40,024 nt of DNA from Promethearchaeota archaeon (GCA_048939765.1 JBHLPF010000023.1:19235-59258), one strand, 5' to 3'. Numbered from the stretch's first letter, positions 1-8,405 are shown. A program made the numbers and translations. The notes: generated by a model from the sequence alone, not told the origin.

Positions 1-780
1 ACTATCTCCTATCAGGAGTTGGCTAATAGAATCGAGGAATTGAAAGCAGATGCCAATGCAGTTGATATGGCTCAAGAAGACACTGAGAGTTATTTGTCAG
101 ACAATGATGTCGAACTCAAAACAGACAAGAGTTTCGTGACTAATGCTTTTTTGCTTGAACGAGTTTTCAGGGACCTGTTGAAAGAAGGCAGCGCACACAT
201 CCTTACAATTGCGGGGTGCATGTCAATCGTCATGCCGATATCTGAAACGACCGCATGCTTACCCATCTGTTTACTAAATGATTCTGGATGCCTAGGATTC
301 TGTGAGTCCGACTTCGTTGCCATCCCAGCAGGAATACTCTTGCACTCTATTTCAAGTAAACCGGTCTTCCTCGTCGATCCTACCCTGCCTCATAAAGGTC
401 AAGTCACTGTTGCACATTGCACGGCACCACGTAGAATGGATGGCTCAAATCTCGAACAAGTGAAGATTCTCACTCACTTTGAATCTGACTATGGAGCAGC
501 ACCACAGGTGAAGATGATGAAGGGCCAAATAGTTACAGTTATCGATCCTTCGTTTAGCGGAGACGAATGGATTGGATTTAGAGGAAAAATAGCAGACAAT
601 CCAACACTTCCTATTTGCCGCACCCAATTGGATATAGAAATTGACGGTGATTGGGAGAAACTGCTGCATGATATGAAAGGGTTTCACTGGCTAGTTGCGT
701 ATGGTGATTATTTGAATGAAATTGAGTATGCTCTGAAGAAAATGGGCGTCAAATGGACGAATCTATCCAAAGGCAACTGA
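1..780 (+). CDS. L-fucose/L-arabinose isomerase (FucI)-like protein, C-terminal part; 5' end lies outside the window
   Basis: Frame is open from base 1. Motifs LNDSG-x4-CESD, AHCTAP, HFESDYGAA, CRTQ and GFHW resemble the FucI/AraA C-terminal family. Confidence 0.7.
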   Translation, partial: TISYQELANRIEELKADANAVDMAQEDTESYLSDNDVELKTDKSFVTNAFLLERVFRDLLKEGSAHILTIAGCMSIVMPISETTACLPICLLNDSGCLGFCESDFVAIPAGILLHSISSKPVFLVDPTLPHKGQVTVAHCTAPRRMDGSNLEQVKILTHFESDYGAAPQVKMMKGQIVTVIDPSFSGDEWIGFRGKIADNPTLPICRTQLDIEIDGDWEKLLHDMKGFHWLVAYGDYLNEIEYALKKMGVKWTNLSKGN

Positions 781-852
781 TTCGAATATGCATCGATGAT
801 CGATCCAAAAAGGCATGAATTTCGCCAGGTGTGAGTCTTGGTATACGACTAT

Positions 853-2400
853 TCATAGAGGGATGTTGCCATGCTTCTTTGGAGGCCGACTCTGACGCTT
901 GCTTGCTAGTACATCTAGACCACTGCAAATCAGCTTGCGTGTTTCATGTGGGAAGATGACCTTGTCGATATACCCCAATCCTGCAGCGACATACGGATTG
1001 GCAAACTTCTCCCTGTACTCCTTCACCAGCTTCGCACGCTTCTTCTCCTTGTCCTTTGCCTTCTCAATCTCCTTGCGGAAGATGATGTTGATTGCACCAT
1101 CAGGCCCCATGACGGCAATCTCAGCACTGGGCCACGCGTAGACCAGATCAGCTCCAATATGCTTTGAGGCCATGACGTCAAAGGCGCCGCCGTACCCCTT
1201 TCTCGTCACAATTGTGATCATGGGCACTGTAGCCTCCGCATAGGCATATAGGATCTTTGCCCCGTGCCGGATGATGCCACCCCATTCCTGTGCAGTTCCA
1301 GGCAGGTATCCCGGCACGTCCATGAACGTGATGATGGGGATATTGAATGCGTCGCAGAACCTCACAAAACGGGCGCATTTGTCCGAGGCGTTTATGTCAA
1401 TGGTGCCTGCGAGATGCGCTGGATTGTTGCCTATTATTCCAACAGACCGACCATCGAATCGAGCAAAGCCTGCCATCATGTTTTGTGCCCAGTGTTCATG
1501 GACTTCGAAGAACTCACCATTATCGACCAGCTTCCTGACGACATCGCGCATATCATATGGCTTGTTGGGGTCATCCGGAACCAATTCATCGATGCTCTCA
1601 TCATAGTCATCTGGAGAATGGCCTGTGTCGACTCGGGGTGGGTCCTCGAGGTTGTTCTGGGGGATGTAGCTAAGAAGCGTCTTAATCTGTTCGAAGCAGT
1701 GGTCCTCATCCTCGCTTGCAAACTGTGCGACTCCGCTCACTGAGTTGTGAGTCATTGCGCCACCCAGCTCTTCGAAGGTGACCTCCTCACCAGTGACCGT
1801 CTTGATCACATCAGGGCCGGTGATGAACATGTGAGCGATATCCTTGACCATGATTGTAAAATCAGTCACTGCCGGACTGTAGACCGCTCCTCCCGCGCAT
1901 GGGCCCATGATTGCAGATATCTGTGGAATGACCCCGCTGGCGAGAGTATTAAGACGAAACACGTCGCAATATACTTTGAGTGCCTTCACGCCCTCCTGCA
2001 CGCGAGCACCAGCTCCTGAGTTCAATCCAATTATAGGGGCACCAGTGGACATAGCATGCTCCATAACTTTGACCATCTTCCCGCCATACATCTCTGCAAG
2101 CGAGCCGCCAAACACAGTGAAGTCTTGACTGAAGATGAAGACCTTTCGTCCAGAGATGGATCCATAGCCTGTTACTACACCATCTCCGAGAATTCTCTTC
2201 TTGTCCATTCCAAAATCAGGCTCACGATGTACAACGAATTCATCGATTTCCACAAAAGATCCTGAATCCAGCAATCTATCAATTCGTTCTCTAGCCGTCA
2301 ATCGTCCAGCTTTATGTTCTTTCTCAATGCGGTCAGCGCCACCGCCGAGCTTGGACTGTTCGCGCATCTCCTTGAGCTTCTCAAACTTTTCATTAGTCAT
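853..2400 (-). CDS. pccB: Acyl-CoA (propionyl-/methylmalonyl-CoA) carboxyltransferase beta subunit
   Basis: 515 aa with GRLTARERI, DGVVTGYG, QDFTVFGGS, GARVQEG, GPCAGGAVYSPA, DVPGYLPG, GIIRHGAK and a terminal KKHGNIPL. Confidence 0.95.
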   Translation of the reverse strand: MTNEKFEKLKEMREQSKLGGGADRIEKEHKAGRLTARERIDRLLDSGSFVEIDEFVVHREPDFGMDKKRILGDGVVTGYGSISGRKVFIFSQDFTVFGGSLAEMYGGKMVKVMEHAMSTGAPIIGLNSGAGARVQEGVKALKVYCDVFRLNTLASGVIPQISAIMGPCAGGAVYSPAVTDFTIMVKDIAHMFITGPDVIKTVTGEEVTFEELGGAMTHNSVSGVAQFASEDEDHCFEQIKTLLSYIPQNNLEDPPRVDTGHSPDDYDESIDELVPDDPNKPYDMRDVVRKLVDNGEFFEVHEHWAQNMMAGFARFDGRSVGIIGNNPAHLAGTIDINASDKCARFVRFCDAFNIPIITFMDVPGYLPGTAQEWGGIIRHGAKILYAYAEATVPMITIVTRKGYGGAFDVMASKHIGADLVYAWPSAEIAVMGPDGAINIIFRKEIEKAKDKEKKRAKLVKEYREKFANPYVAAGLGYIDKVIFPHETRKLICSGLDVLASKRQSRPPKKHGNIPL

Positions 2401-2743
2401 GTCGCTTTCCGCCTTTGAGATAATTCGTCATGACCATATTGCCGCGTTTTGAATCTTATGCTGAATCATGTTCATAGTCTTGTATCACTTTTCTAATAGT
2501 AAGGTTGCGCCTCGCCCGGTCCAGTGTTTCCCATAAGATGCTGCTAATTTCACCTGCGTTGTATGCTTCTGAATGTAAACTCCAAATAATGTGTGATAGA
2601 GGAATGGCATTGGATTTATTATCTCTAATCTATATTATGAAGGCTGTAGGTCAGGGTGATACCGTTTGCAGCTTCAAGGGAAGGTTGGAGATCGATACCT
2701 TCAATCTGGAAGGACTGAGAATGCTGTAGGAGAGAGGCATGGT

Positions 2744-3193
2744 ATGATGCGCATTGGACTGTTGGCCTCTCAAGACATTCGTCTGTTTCTCTGCGTGCTC
2801 GCATTCATCACGCCCTACATAGTTCAAGTGTCGTATGTGCTGGGCGATATCTCAATTCGATTATATGCACCCCTATGGGCTTATGGTTCGTTTGATTTTC
2901 CTATCTTTCGAATCCTGTCCGTCGACTACCTGATAATCGAACTCCCCTTTGGCATTGTCAGGCTCCTGTTTATTCAACAGGTCTACCTGTTCATGAACCA
3001 CCGTACTTCATTTCGCAAATTGGTGCTATACGGAATAGCCACTGAGATACCAGGCACGATCCTTGGATATATCTCATCTTACCTCTCGGCGCATACCGCT
3101 TTCTATGCTCCTGTGCCAATTGTCCTTTTCGTGGGACTATTCTTCGCAGTGAGAACACCAAAGAAGCCACCACATTGGCTTGATTCGGAATAG
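2744..3193 (+). CDS. Hypothetical multi-pass membrane protein
   Basis: ATG at 2744 after a purine-rich stretch. About 4 hydrophobic segments and a C-terminal PVPIVLFVGLFFAVR-x-PKKPPHW. Confidence 0.7.
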   Translation: MMRIGLLASQDIRLFLCVLAFITPYIVQVSYVLGDISIRLYAPLWAYGSFDFPIFRILSVDYLIIELPFGIVRLLFIQQVYLFMNHRTSFRKLVLYGIATEIPGTILGYISSYLSAHTAFYAPVPIVLFVGLFFAVRTPKKPPHWLDSE

Positions 3194-3472
3194 ATCTAGC
3201 AAGTGCTTCTATCAAAGCAGTGGATTACGAATGTACTATTCCTATTAAGGCCTAAGGCCCACCTAAAAAGAGCGTCCAACAAAAGTAGAGAGGATTGATT
3301 GAGAGATATCCTCATAGTAGAAGTAGATTCACAGAGAAACACCACAGAATAGTAACTGAACAAGTGAAGACGGGGACAATTCTGCACCTTTCCTGTATGA
3401 GATGTGGGAGGTGGGTTGAGAGAAACGTGAATCAATGAGAGCGGACGATTTCAATTCAAGATGTCTACCGAC

Positions 3473-3805
3473 CTATGCGAATGGGTCCTGAGGAAGCTGT
3501 GACCTTCTCATTCTCATTACTATGAAATAGACAGTGGCAATCAGCACTCCTATTAGTAGCAAGAGACCCAGCGGACTCAGGAGAAACATTGGCGTTTCTA
3601 TGACAGTAGTCTGAATATTGGCGGGCAGATAGACTAGTTGAGATGGCATTCTCTCCATCCTTCCGATTACACTAATGGACAGAAATCTGATGAGTCTTGT
3701 GTACGCCACATCTATCTCCGCATCATCAACAACTCCGGAAAAAGACGCATCCTTGTAATGAGGACTGCCAGAGGCATAGAACTCACACATCGCTACGCAT
3801 AGCAA
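3473..3805 (-). CDS. Hypothetical protein or gene remnant with a C-terminal TM anchor
   Basis: Ends PLGLLLLIGVLIATVYFIVMRMRR, a TM helix plus basic stop-transfer. Start is uncertain because the frame stays open to the TAA at 3881-3883. Confidence 0.4.
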   Translation of the reverse strand: MLCVAMCEFYASGSPHYKDASFSGVVDDAEIDVAYTRLIRFLSISVIGRMERMPSQLVYLPANIQTTVIETPMFLLSPLGLLLLIGVLIATVYFIVMRMRRSQLPQDPFA

Positions 3806-3880
3806 TGCAAATCCCTTTGCGATATGTACGTGGATCCTCTGATTGTCGAATGCTAACAGTTCATGGCTTTTTGCGTCGGA

Positions 3881-4219
3881 TTACATCTCATAGGCTTGCC
3901 CAATTGAATAGAGCTCCCAGAGAAGGTCAAGGTATCTTCCTCTGTTCTCAAATTTGACACTAAACTCAACCCCTCCCTTCTTCATCTTCTTGGTGGACTC
4001 CATACCCATCAGGAGGACTTCAATCTCCTCTGTTCGTTCCTCGTCAGCAGCTATCTTGAAGGACCTCCGGCCATAACCTACACTTACTGAAATGCCATTA
4101 GGAAATCTGAACATGTCGAGCAGCCCCCAGGTCACTCTACACCGATCTATTTTCATCTGCTTCCAACTATGAAGCACAACATCATCTCTCATAGTATCCG
4201 TGACTTCCAAGGTAATCAC
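3881..4219 (-). CDS. Hypothetical protein (112 aa)
   Basis: Protein-like composition; co-oriented directly downstream of the HNH gene. No motif recognised. Confidence 0.55.
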   Translation of the reverse strand: MITLEVTDTMRDDVVLHSWKQMKIDRCRVTWGLLDMFRFPNGISVSVGYGRRSFKIAADEERTEEIEVLLMGMESTKKMKKGGVEFSVKFENRGRYLDLLWELYSIGQAYEM

Positions 4220-4287
4220 CCAGTATTCTATAGAATGAATCCATGTTAATTCAGTGGTTCTATCTTTGACTGACTTGAAGTTCCATG

Positions 4288-4836
4288 CTATTGCTTCTTT
4301 GCTAGAATGCTCTCCAGACAGTAGACGGTCAGATTGGATTCTTCACAGAGATAGCCAAGTTCACATCTCCCGCAAAGCATCTCAAGCTGCTCCCTTCCAA
4401 TATCCAGAGTTCCCTCGAATTCATGCAGTTGATAGAGAAGTTTCAGGTATTTCCCCTCAGCTATGCGAGGAACCTCATTTCGTTTGTCCAGTCTGAGCCA
4501 TTCATACAAACCTCTTCCTCCCTTCGAAGAGTTGCAGCTCCTGCATGCCATCACAACATTATCAGCAATGTCAGGTCCGCTTCTGCTCTGAGGAACAAGA
4601 TGATCGTATGAGAGATCCTCATTTGCTCCACAATAGATACATTGGTTTGGCATCTCGCGTTCGTGGATGTACTCTTGAATGGATCCGGACCATTCAATCT
4701 CTCCAGACTGGAGTTTCTTGAATCGACTCATAATGAATCCAAACTGCTTCTTTCCAAACCCAGCTGAGGAGGATATTATCTTGGAGTACTGCCAATAGAG
4801 CAGATCCCTAATGGTCTTGACTGCAGACGGTGGCAT
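4288..4836 (-). CDS. HNH endonuclease (Zn-binding, McrA-like core)
   Basis: CIYCG-x7-DHLVP-x3-SG-x5-NVVMACRSCNSSKG forms the HNH motif with two CxxC. Extra C-terminal Cys cluster (CGRC..C..C). Upstream AGGGGT ribosome-binding-like site. Confidence 0.9.
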   Translation of the reverse strand: MPPSAVKTIRDLLYWQYSKIISSSAGFGKKQFGFIMSRFKKLQSGEIEWSGSIQEYIHEREMPNQCIYCGANEDLSYDHLVPQSRSGPDIADNVVMACRSCNSSKGGRGLYEWLRLDKRNEVPRIAEGKYLKLLYQLHEFEGTLDIGREQLEMLCGRCELGYLCEESNLTVYCLESILAKKQ

Positions 4837-5052
4837 CGCATCTTACCCCTTGTGCACAATACAATCTCTCTCCTGACTTATCAGGTTGAGGGTCAATAGT
4901 CCTCTGGAAATACCCTAACTTCGCCTACGGAAAAATCAAATGTGAATAGATAGCGTCGTTAGAAGAGGAAACAGGGCAAGAGACTATCGCGGCATAGAAA
5001 GCCCTAATCCCTTCAACATAGTTTTGAATGTTCTGCTAGACAATTCACCCTG

Positions 5053-5378
5053 AAAAATCTTGGAGAGGGGCTAGCAGTTCCTAGCCAGCCCCAGTAGGCG
5101 TGAAGGCACCTGCTTCAGAAAAGACACCAGTTGGGTCACAACCGGGTCGGGTCGAATGTACTAGTGATCATCATGGAATCGTCCATGCCTCCCGTACCAG
5201 GCGGTGGCTGTGCGGCCACAGTCACTCGAAGCAGGTCCCTGTAGAACAGATGATGCTTGCTGGACTCTGATATGCCGCCCAGTAGGTTGTTGGGGGTGTG
5301 GCCTCCGATAGAAGGGAGACTCTTACTGCGCAACTCATCAGCCGTCCGAAATTGCAATAGAGGACTCATCTGCTCCGC
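5053..5378 (-). ncRNA. Putative highly structured ~320-nt non-coding RNA of unrecognised family
   Basis: More than 12 helices traced by hand; about 9 G-U wobble pairs work only on the minus strand. GC is about 56% versus about 42% in the 4841-5060 flank (hand count). TATA-like box upstream and T5 tract downstream. Confidence 0.75.
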
Positions 5379-5398
5379 TATTATGTGGGAGAATGAGG

Positions 5399-5406
5399 CT
5401 TAAGAA
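5399..5406 (-). promoter_or_regulatory. TATA-like box (TTCTTAAG) for the putative ncRNA
   Basis: About 23-25 nt upstream of the first base of the 5' helix (5376), which is archaeal TATA-to-TSS spacing. Confidence 0.45.
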
Positions 5407-5426
5407 CCACCCATATCTCGAAAATC

Positions 5427-5930
5427 TTACTGATTTGCTCTCTGGACCCTGAGGTCTACCCCAACTACAGCCATCCCCCATTTCTCAAATCGAGAGTCGA
5501 GCTCCTTGGTAACGGCTGATTCAACACGATCTCTGTTTGTGACGAGGTCATCATAATCACGAGCCTCGATCTGTTCAATCATGACGTGCTTTGATGACTG
5601 TTGAGCAGTGGTCCGATAATCCTCAAGACTGAGAAAGGCCCGTTCAATGTCCACAACACGGTAACGAACCTCACCGACCAGTTCGACGGGAGTTCCATCC
5701 CGGCTCATTGCCTCTCCGGTCTCAACCTCTGCTGTCTGCGCTCTGAGCGATATCCTCGCTCCAATCTTATCAATGATAGGCGTCCTCCATACGATACCCG
5801 GACCCTTGACACCCGAGTATTTGCCGAAACGCAGGACTACTATCCGTTCCCATTCTGCGAGGACTTTGATTCCTGAGGCGATGAATATCAATGTGATAAG
5901 CATGAAAACCGCCGCGAATAATAGAGCCAT
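5427..5930 (-). CDS. Short SPFH/band-7 (stomatin-like) membrane protein
   Basis: N-terminal TM, then EWERIVVLRFGK-x5-GPG-x5-PIIDK, SRDG-x-PV and KWGM-x-V. Ends right after the SPFH domain. Confidence 0.88.
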   Translation of the reverse strand: MALLFAAVFMLITLIFIASGIKVLAEWERIVVLRFGKYSGVKGPGIVWRTPIIDKIGARISLRAQTAEVETGEAMSRDGTPVELVGEVRYRVVDIERAFLSLEDYRTTAQQSSKHVMIEQIEARDYDDLVTNRDRVESAVTKELDSRFEKWGMAVVGVDLRVQRANQ

Positions 5931-6067
5931 GTACGTCGGGTCTAACTGAATGAATGCTGCCTCCTGATATCAGGAGATGTTTGGCAAAAGAGGCATATAA
6001 AGGCAATTCCAAATCACATTTGATACGAGAAGGGTTATAGGGAAGAAGCGTGGGCCAGCGGGTGTTG

Positions 6068-7468
6068 ATGATTATGGACTCTGGTGGTCAGCGGAGTATA
6101 GAAGTCCGTAGAGCGGCGCTTCTTTCAGTTGTTGCTGCAGCAGTACTGACCATCATTAAGGTTGCAGTCGGGTTCATCACTGGTTCGCTGGGAATAATCT
6201 CGGAAGCTCTCCACAGTCTTCTTGACTTGGCTGCAGCTGGTATCACCTTCTTTGCAGTAAGAAAGGCATCCCAAGAAGCAGATCAGTCTCATCAGTTCGG
6301 TCATGGAAAGGTAGAGAACTTTGGTGCACTCGCTGAAACCGTTCTAATATGGATCACAGCAGGATGGATTCTCTTTGAAGCTGTAAGGGTGATTCAATTA
6401 GAAGAGTTCCCGGAACCAACTCTGATTGGAATTGCCGTAATGGTCATCAGCATAGTCGTCAATTATGAAAGGAGCCGTGTTCTGTATTCAGCGGCAGAGA
6501 AACATTCCAGCCAAGCCCTAGAGGCGGATGCACTTCATTTTATCACAGATGCCGGCAGCTCTGTAGTGGTTCTCATAGGACTAGCATTTGTCTGGTTTGG
6601 ACTCCCTATTGCTGATCCACTCTCTGCGGTTGGCGTCGCTCTTGTGATACTCTTCGTATCTTTCCAGCTGGCAAAGAGAGCTGTCGATAACTTGCTGGAT
6701 CGTGCGCCAGAAGGAATCAATGAGCAAATCATCGAAATCTGTACTAGGATACCCGGTGTCCTCGAGTGCAATAGAGTGAGAGCACGAGTATCAGGCCATT
6801 TAACGTTTCTTGATGTTGTAATCTCGATTGCAGAGAACACCTCAATAGATGAGGCTCACCAAATAGCAGACGCCGTAGAGCGAGCTCTAGCGAAAACTGG
6901 AAGCCACATTGATGTGATGGTACATATCGAACCAGTTTCTAAGGAAACCACGACGACATCCGAATACAATCCATATGATTTGATTCATAGCGAAATCAAG
7001 CGATGGCCAGAGATCAGAGGGGTGCACAAAGTCCGAATTCATGCTATGAATGGCAGGCTTTACATCTCTGCTGACCTCGAGATGCAGCCAGAATTAACTC
7101 TCGGAAGAGCTCATGACGTTTCCAGTCAACTTGAACAGAAGCTTGCAGAGCATCTCCCTAACTTGGAGAGGATCACATTTCATCTTGAGGCCGATACTTC
7201 TGAAAAGCCAATATACAATGTGACGCTCGAATATGAGGAAATGGTGAAGAGGATCAAACAGATTGTTGAAACTGAAACGCCTGCGCAGGATGCACACGGT
7301 GTTGTTGTGACTGATGATGGCTCAGGACTCACGATCTCGCTGGACTGCAGACTCGATCCAAGCATGTCATTGACTGATAGTCATGATGTTGCCGATCGAA
7401 TTGAGGCAGCAATCAAGAAATCATTCACCAATGTGACTCAGGTCTTCGTTCATATAGAACCGAGATGA
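6068..7468 (+). CDS. Cation diffusion facilitator (FieF-like) with three tandem C-terminal ZT-dimer domains
   Basis: SEALHSLLD, HQFGHGKVE and ADALHFITD, plus three repeats ending VHIEP / FHLEA / VHIEP. Start may be 6050 (GTG), 6068 or 6074. Confidence 0.92.
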   Translation: MIMDSGGQRSIEVRRAALLSVVAAAVLTIIKVAVGFITGSLGIISEALHSLLDLAAAGITFFAVRKASQEADQSHQFGHGKVENFGALAETVLIWITAGWILFEAVRVIQLEEFPEPTLIGIAVMVISIVVNYERSRVLYSAAEKHSSQALEADALHFITDAGSSVVVLIGLAFVWFGLPIADPLSAVGVALVILFVSFQLAKRAVDNLLDRAPEGINEQIIEICTRIPGVLECNRVRARVSGHLTFLDVVISIAENTSIDEAHQIADAVERALAKTGSHIDVMVHIEPVSKETTTTSEYNPYDLIHSEIKRWPEIRGVHKVRIHAMNGRLYISADLEMQPELTLGRAHDVSSQLEQKLAEHLPNLERITFHLEADTSEKPIYNVTLEYEEMVKRIKQIVETETPAQDAHGVVVTDDGSGLTISLDCRLDPSMSLTDSHDVADRIEAAIKKSFTNVTQVFVHIEPR

Positions 7469-7541
7469 ATTTGTAAGGAATTCCGTTGATGTTTTATTCT
7501 GCTGTCTACAAGACATAGATGTCAGGCTGGATGCGATTAAG

Positions 7542-8237
7542 TTGTCAGAGTGCACAGAATGCACGAAGCGAAAAGGTGAGATTAGTTCGGAAGATCTCTT
7601 TCCGTGTGTTCTTTGTGGGGAGCCTAGGTGCGTGGCTCACGCAGTGTGGGTACCCGCCCATATCTTGGATAGACCATTGGACTCAACTCAGGCCATTGTT
7701 AAAATGATGTCTGGGAGTTCAGACAAGGGTTGGTACGCCTTTTGTGGTAGAACCGGGCATGTTCCTAGAGGGATGCCAATATGGTACGGAAAGGAACGTG
7801 ATGGGGGAAAGATTGTCGAAGAAATAATGAACCATGAGAAGCCAGAGGGTCTCGAGATGTTTCCCATGTGGGAGGTGGGATTGGTAGAAGAGAGACTGGA
7901 GAAGCGATGGACAAAGGATCATTTCGAGGTAAGCTGTGATATTGCAGCCACCATCAATCTCGTTCATCGACTCTGGCAAAAGAAGGAAGATCCACGTGCG
8001 TTCCTCGCTACATTGCAGACACTGGTGTTTGAAAACGTCGCTAGCAAGAAAGCGATTTTCTTTGGGGCATCTAAAGAGGAGATAAAGAAGGGCATAGGGG
8101 AGAATCCAACACTCGCCGACGTAGTAAAGTATGTTTGCAGCAGGTGTGCTGTGGTTCCATGTCTTAATAGGCAGGCACCATTTCATAATCAGAAACTCTT
8201 CAAGACACTCATCAAGAGACCCGAGCTACTGAAATGA
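7542..8237 (+). CDS. Cys/His-rich zinc-finger hypothetical protein
   Basis: N-terminal CTEC-x14-CVLC-x4-CVAH, internal C-x4-H and C-terminal CSRC-x4-C. TTG start. Confidence 0.7.
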   Translation: MSECTECTKRKGEISSEDLFPCVLCGEPRCVAHAVWVPAHILDRPLDSTQAIVKMMSGSSDKGWYAFCGRTGHVPRGMPIWYGKERDGGKIVEEIMNHEKPEGLEMFPMWEVGLVEERLEKRWTKDHFEVSCDIAATINLVHRLWQKKEDPRAFLATLQTLVFENVASKKAIFFGASKEEIKKGIGENPTLADVVKYVCSRCAVVPCLNRQAPFHNQKLFKTLIKRPELLK

Positions 8238-8405
8238 TCCTTCAAAGGCATCCATAACAAGAAAGTCAAAAAGGCTTCGAATTTTACGACTGAATGACAG
8301 GGACCGTCTGGAGAGATGATACGCCAGTCATCCTCCTAGTTCTCGAGAACATTTGCACCGAAGCATGTGTGGTGATGGACACAGTCTTCGGTCGGGGTGC
8401 TCACA

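Noticed and set aside
3196-3435. 79-aa minus-strand ORF
   Set aside because: Non-protein-like composition with no RBS or motif; probably intergenic.
4288-4836. IscB/Cas9-like nuclease or transposon
   Set aside because: Too short, no RuvC or PLMP motifs, and no transposase, terminal repeats or CRISPR repeats seen.
5285-5300. Telomerase-template-like C/A-rich single strand
   Set aside because: Superficial resemblance only; there is no reverse transcriptase in the window.
5060-5330. SRP RNA or RNase P RNA on the plus strand (fragments CCCUGUA, GAUAUGCCG, CAGAAA, GUCGAAUG)
   Set aside because: Fragments have the wrong order or spacing, universal motifs are missing, and G-U polarity favours the minus strand. 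cmscan is still needed to exclude a divergent member.
5115-5369. 77-aa minus-strand ORF, and a possible Sec readthrough (TGA-PNWCLF-TGA)
   Set aside because: No protein motif, no redox-type Sec context and no recognisable SECIS. The pervasive base-pairing is better explained by an RNA gene.
5325-5372. Hammerhead ribozyme (CUGAUGAG; CAGAUGA-GUCC...GGAC)
   Set aside because: The required GAAA after stem II is absent, and these bases are used in other helices.
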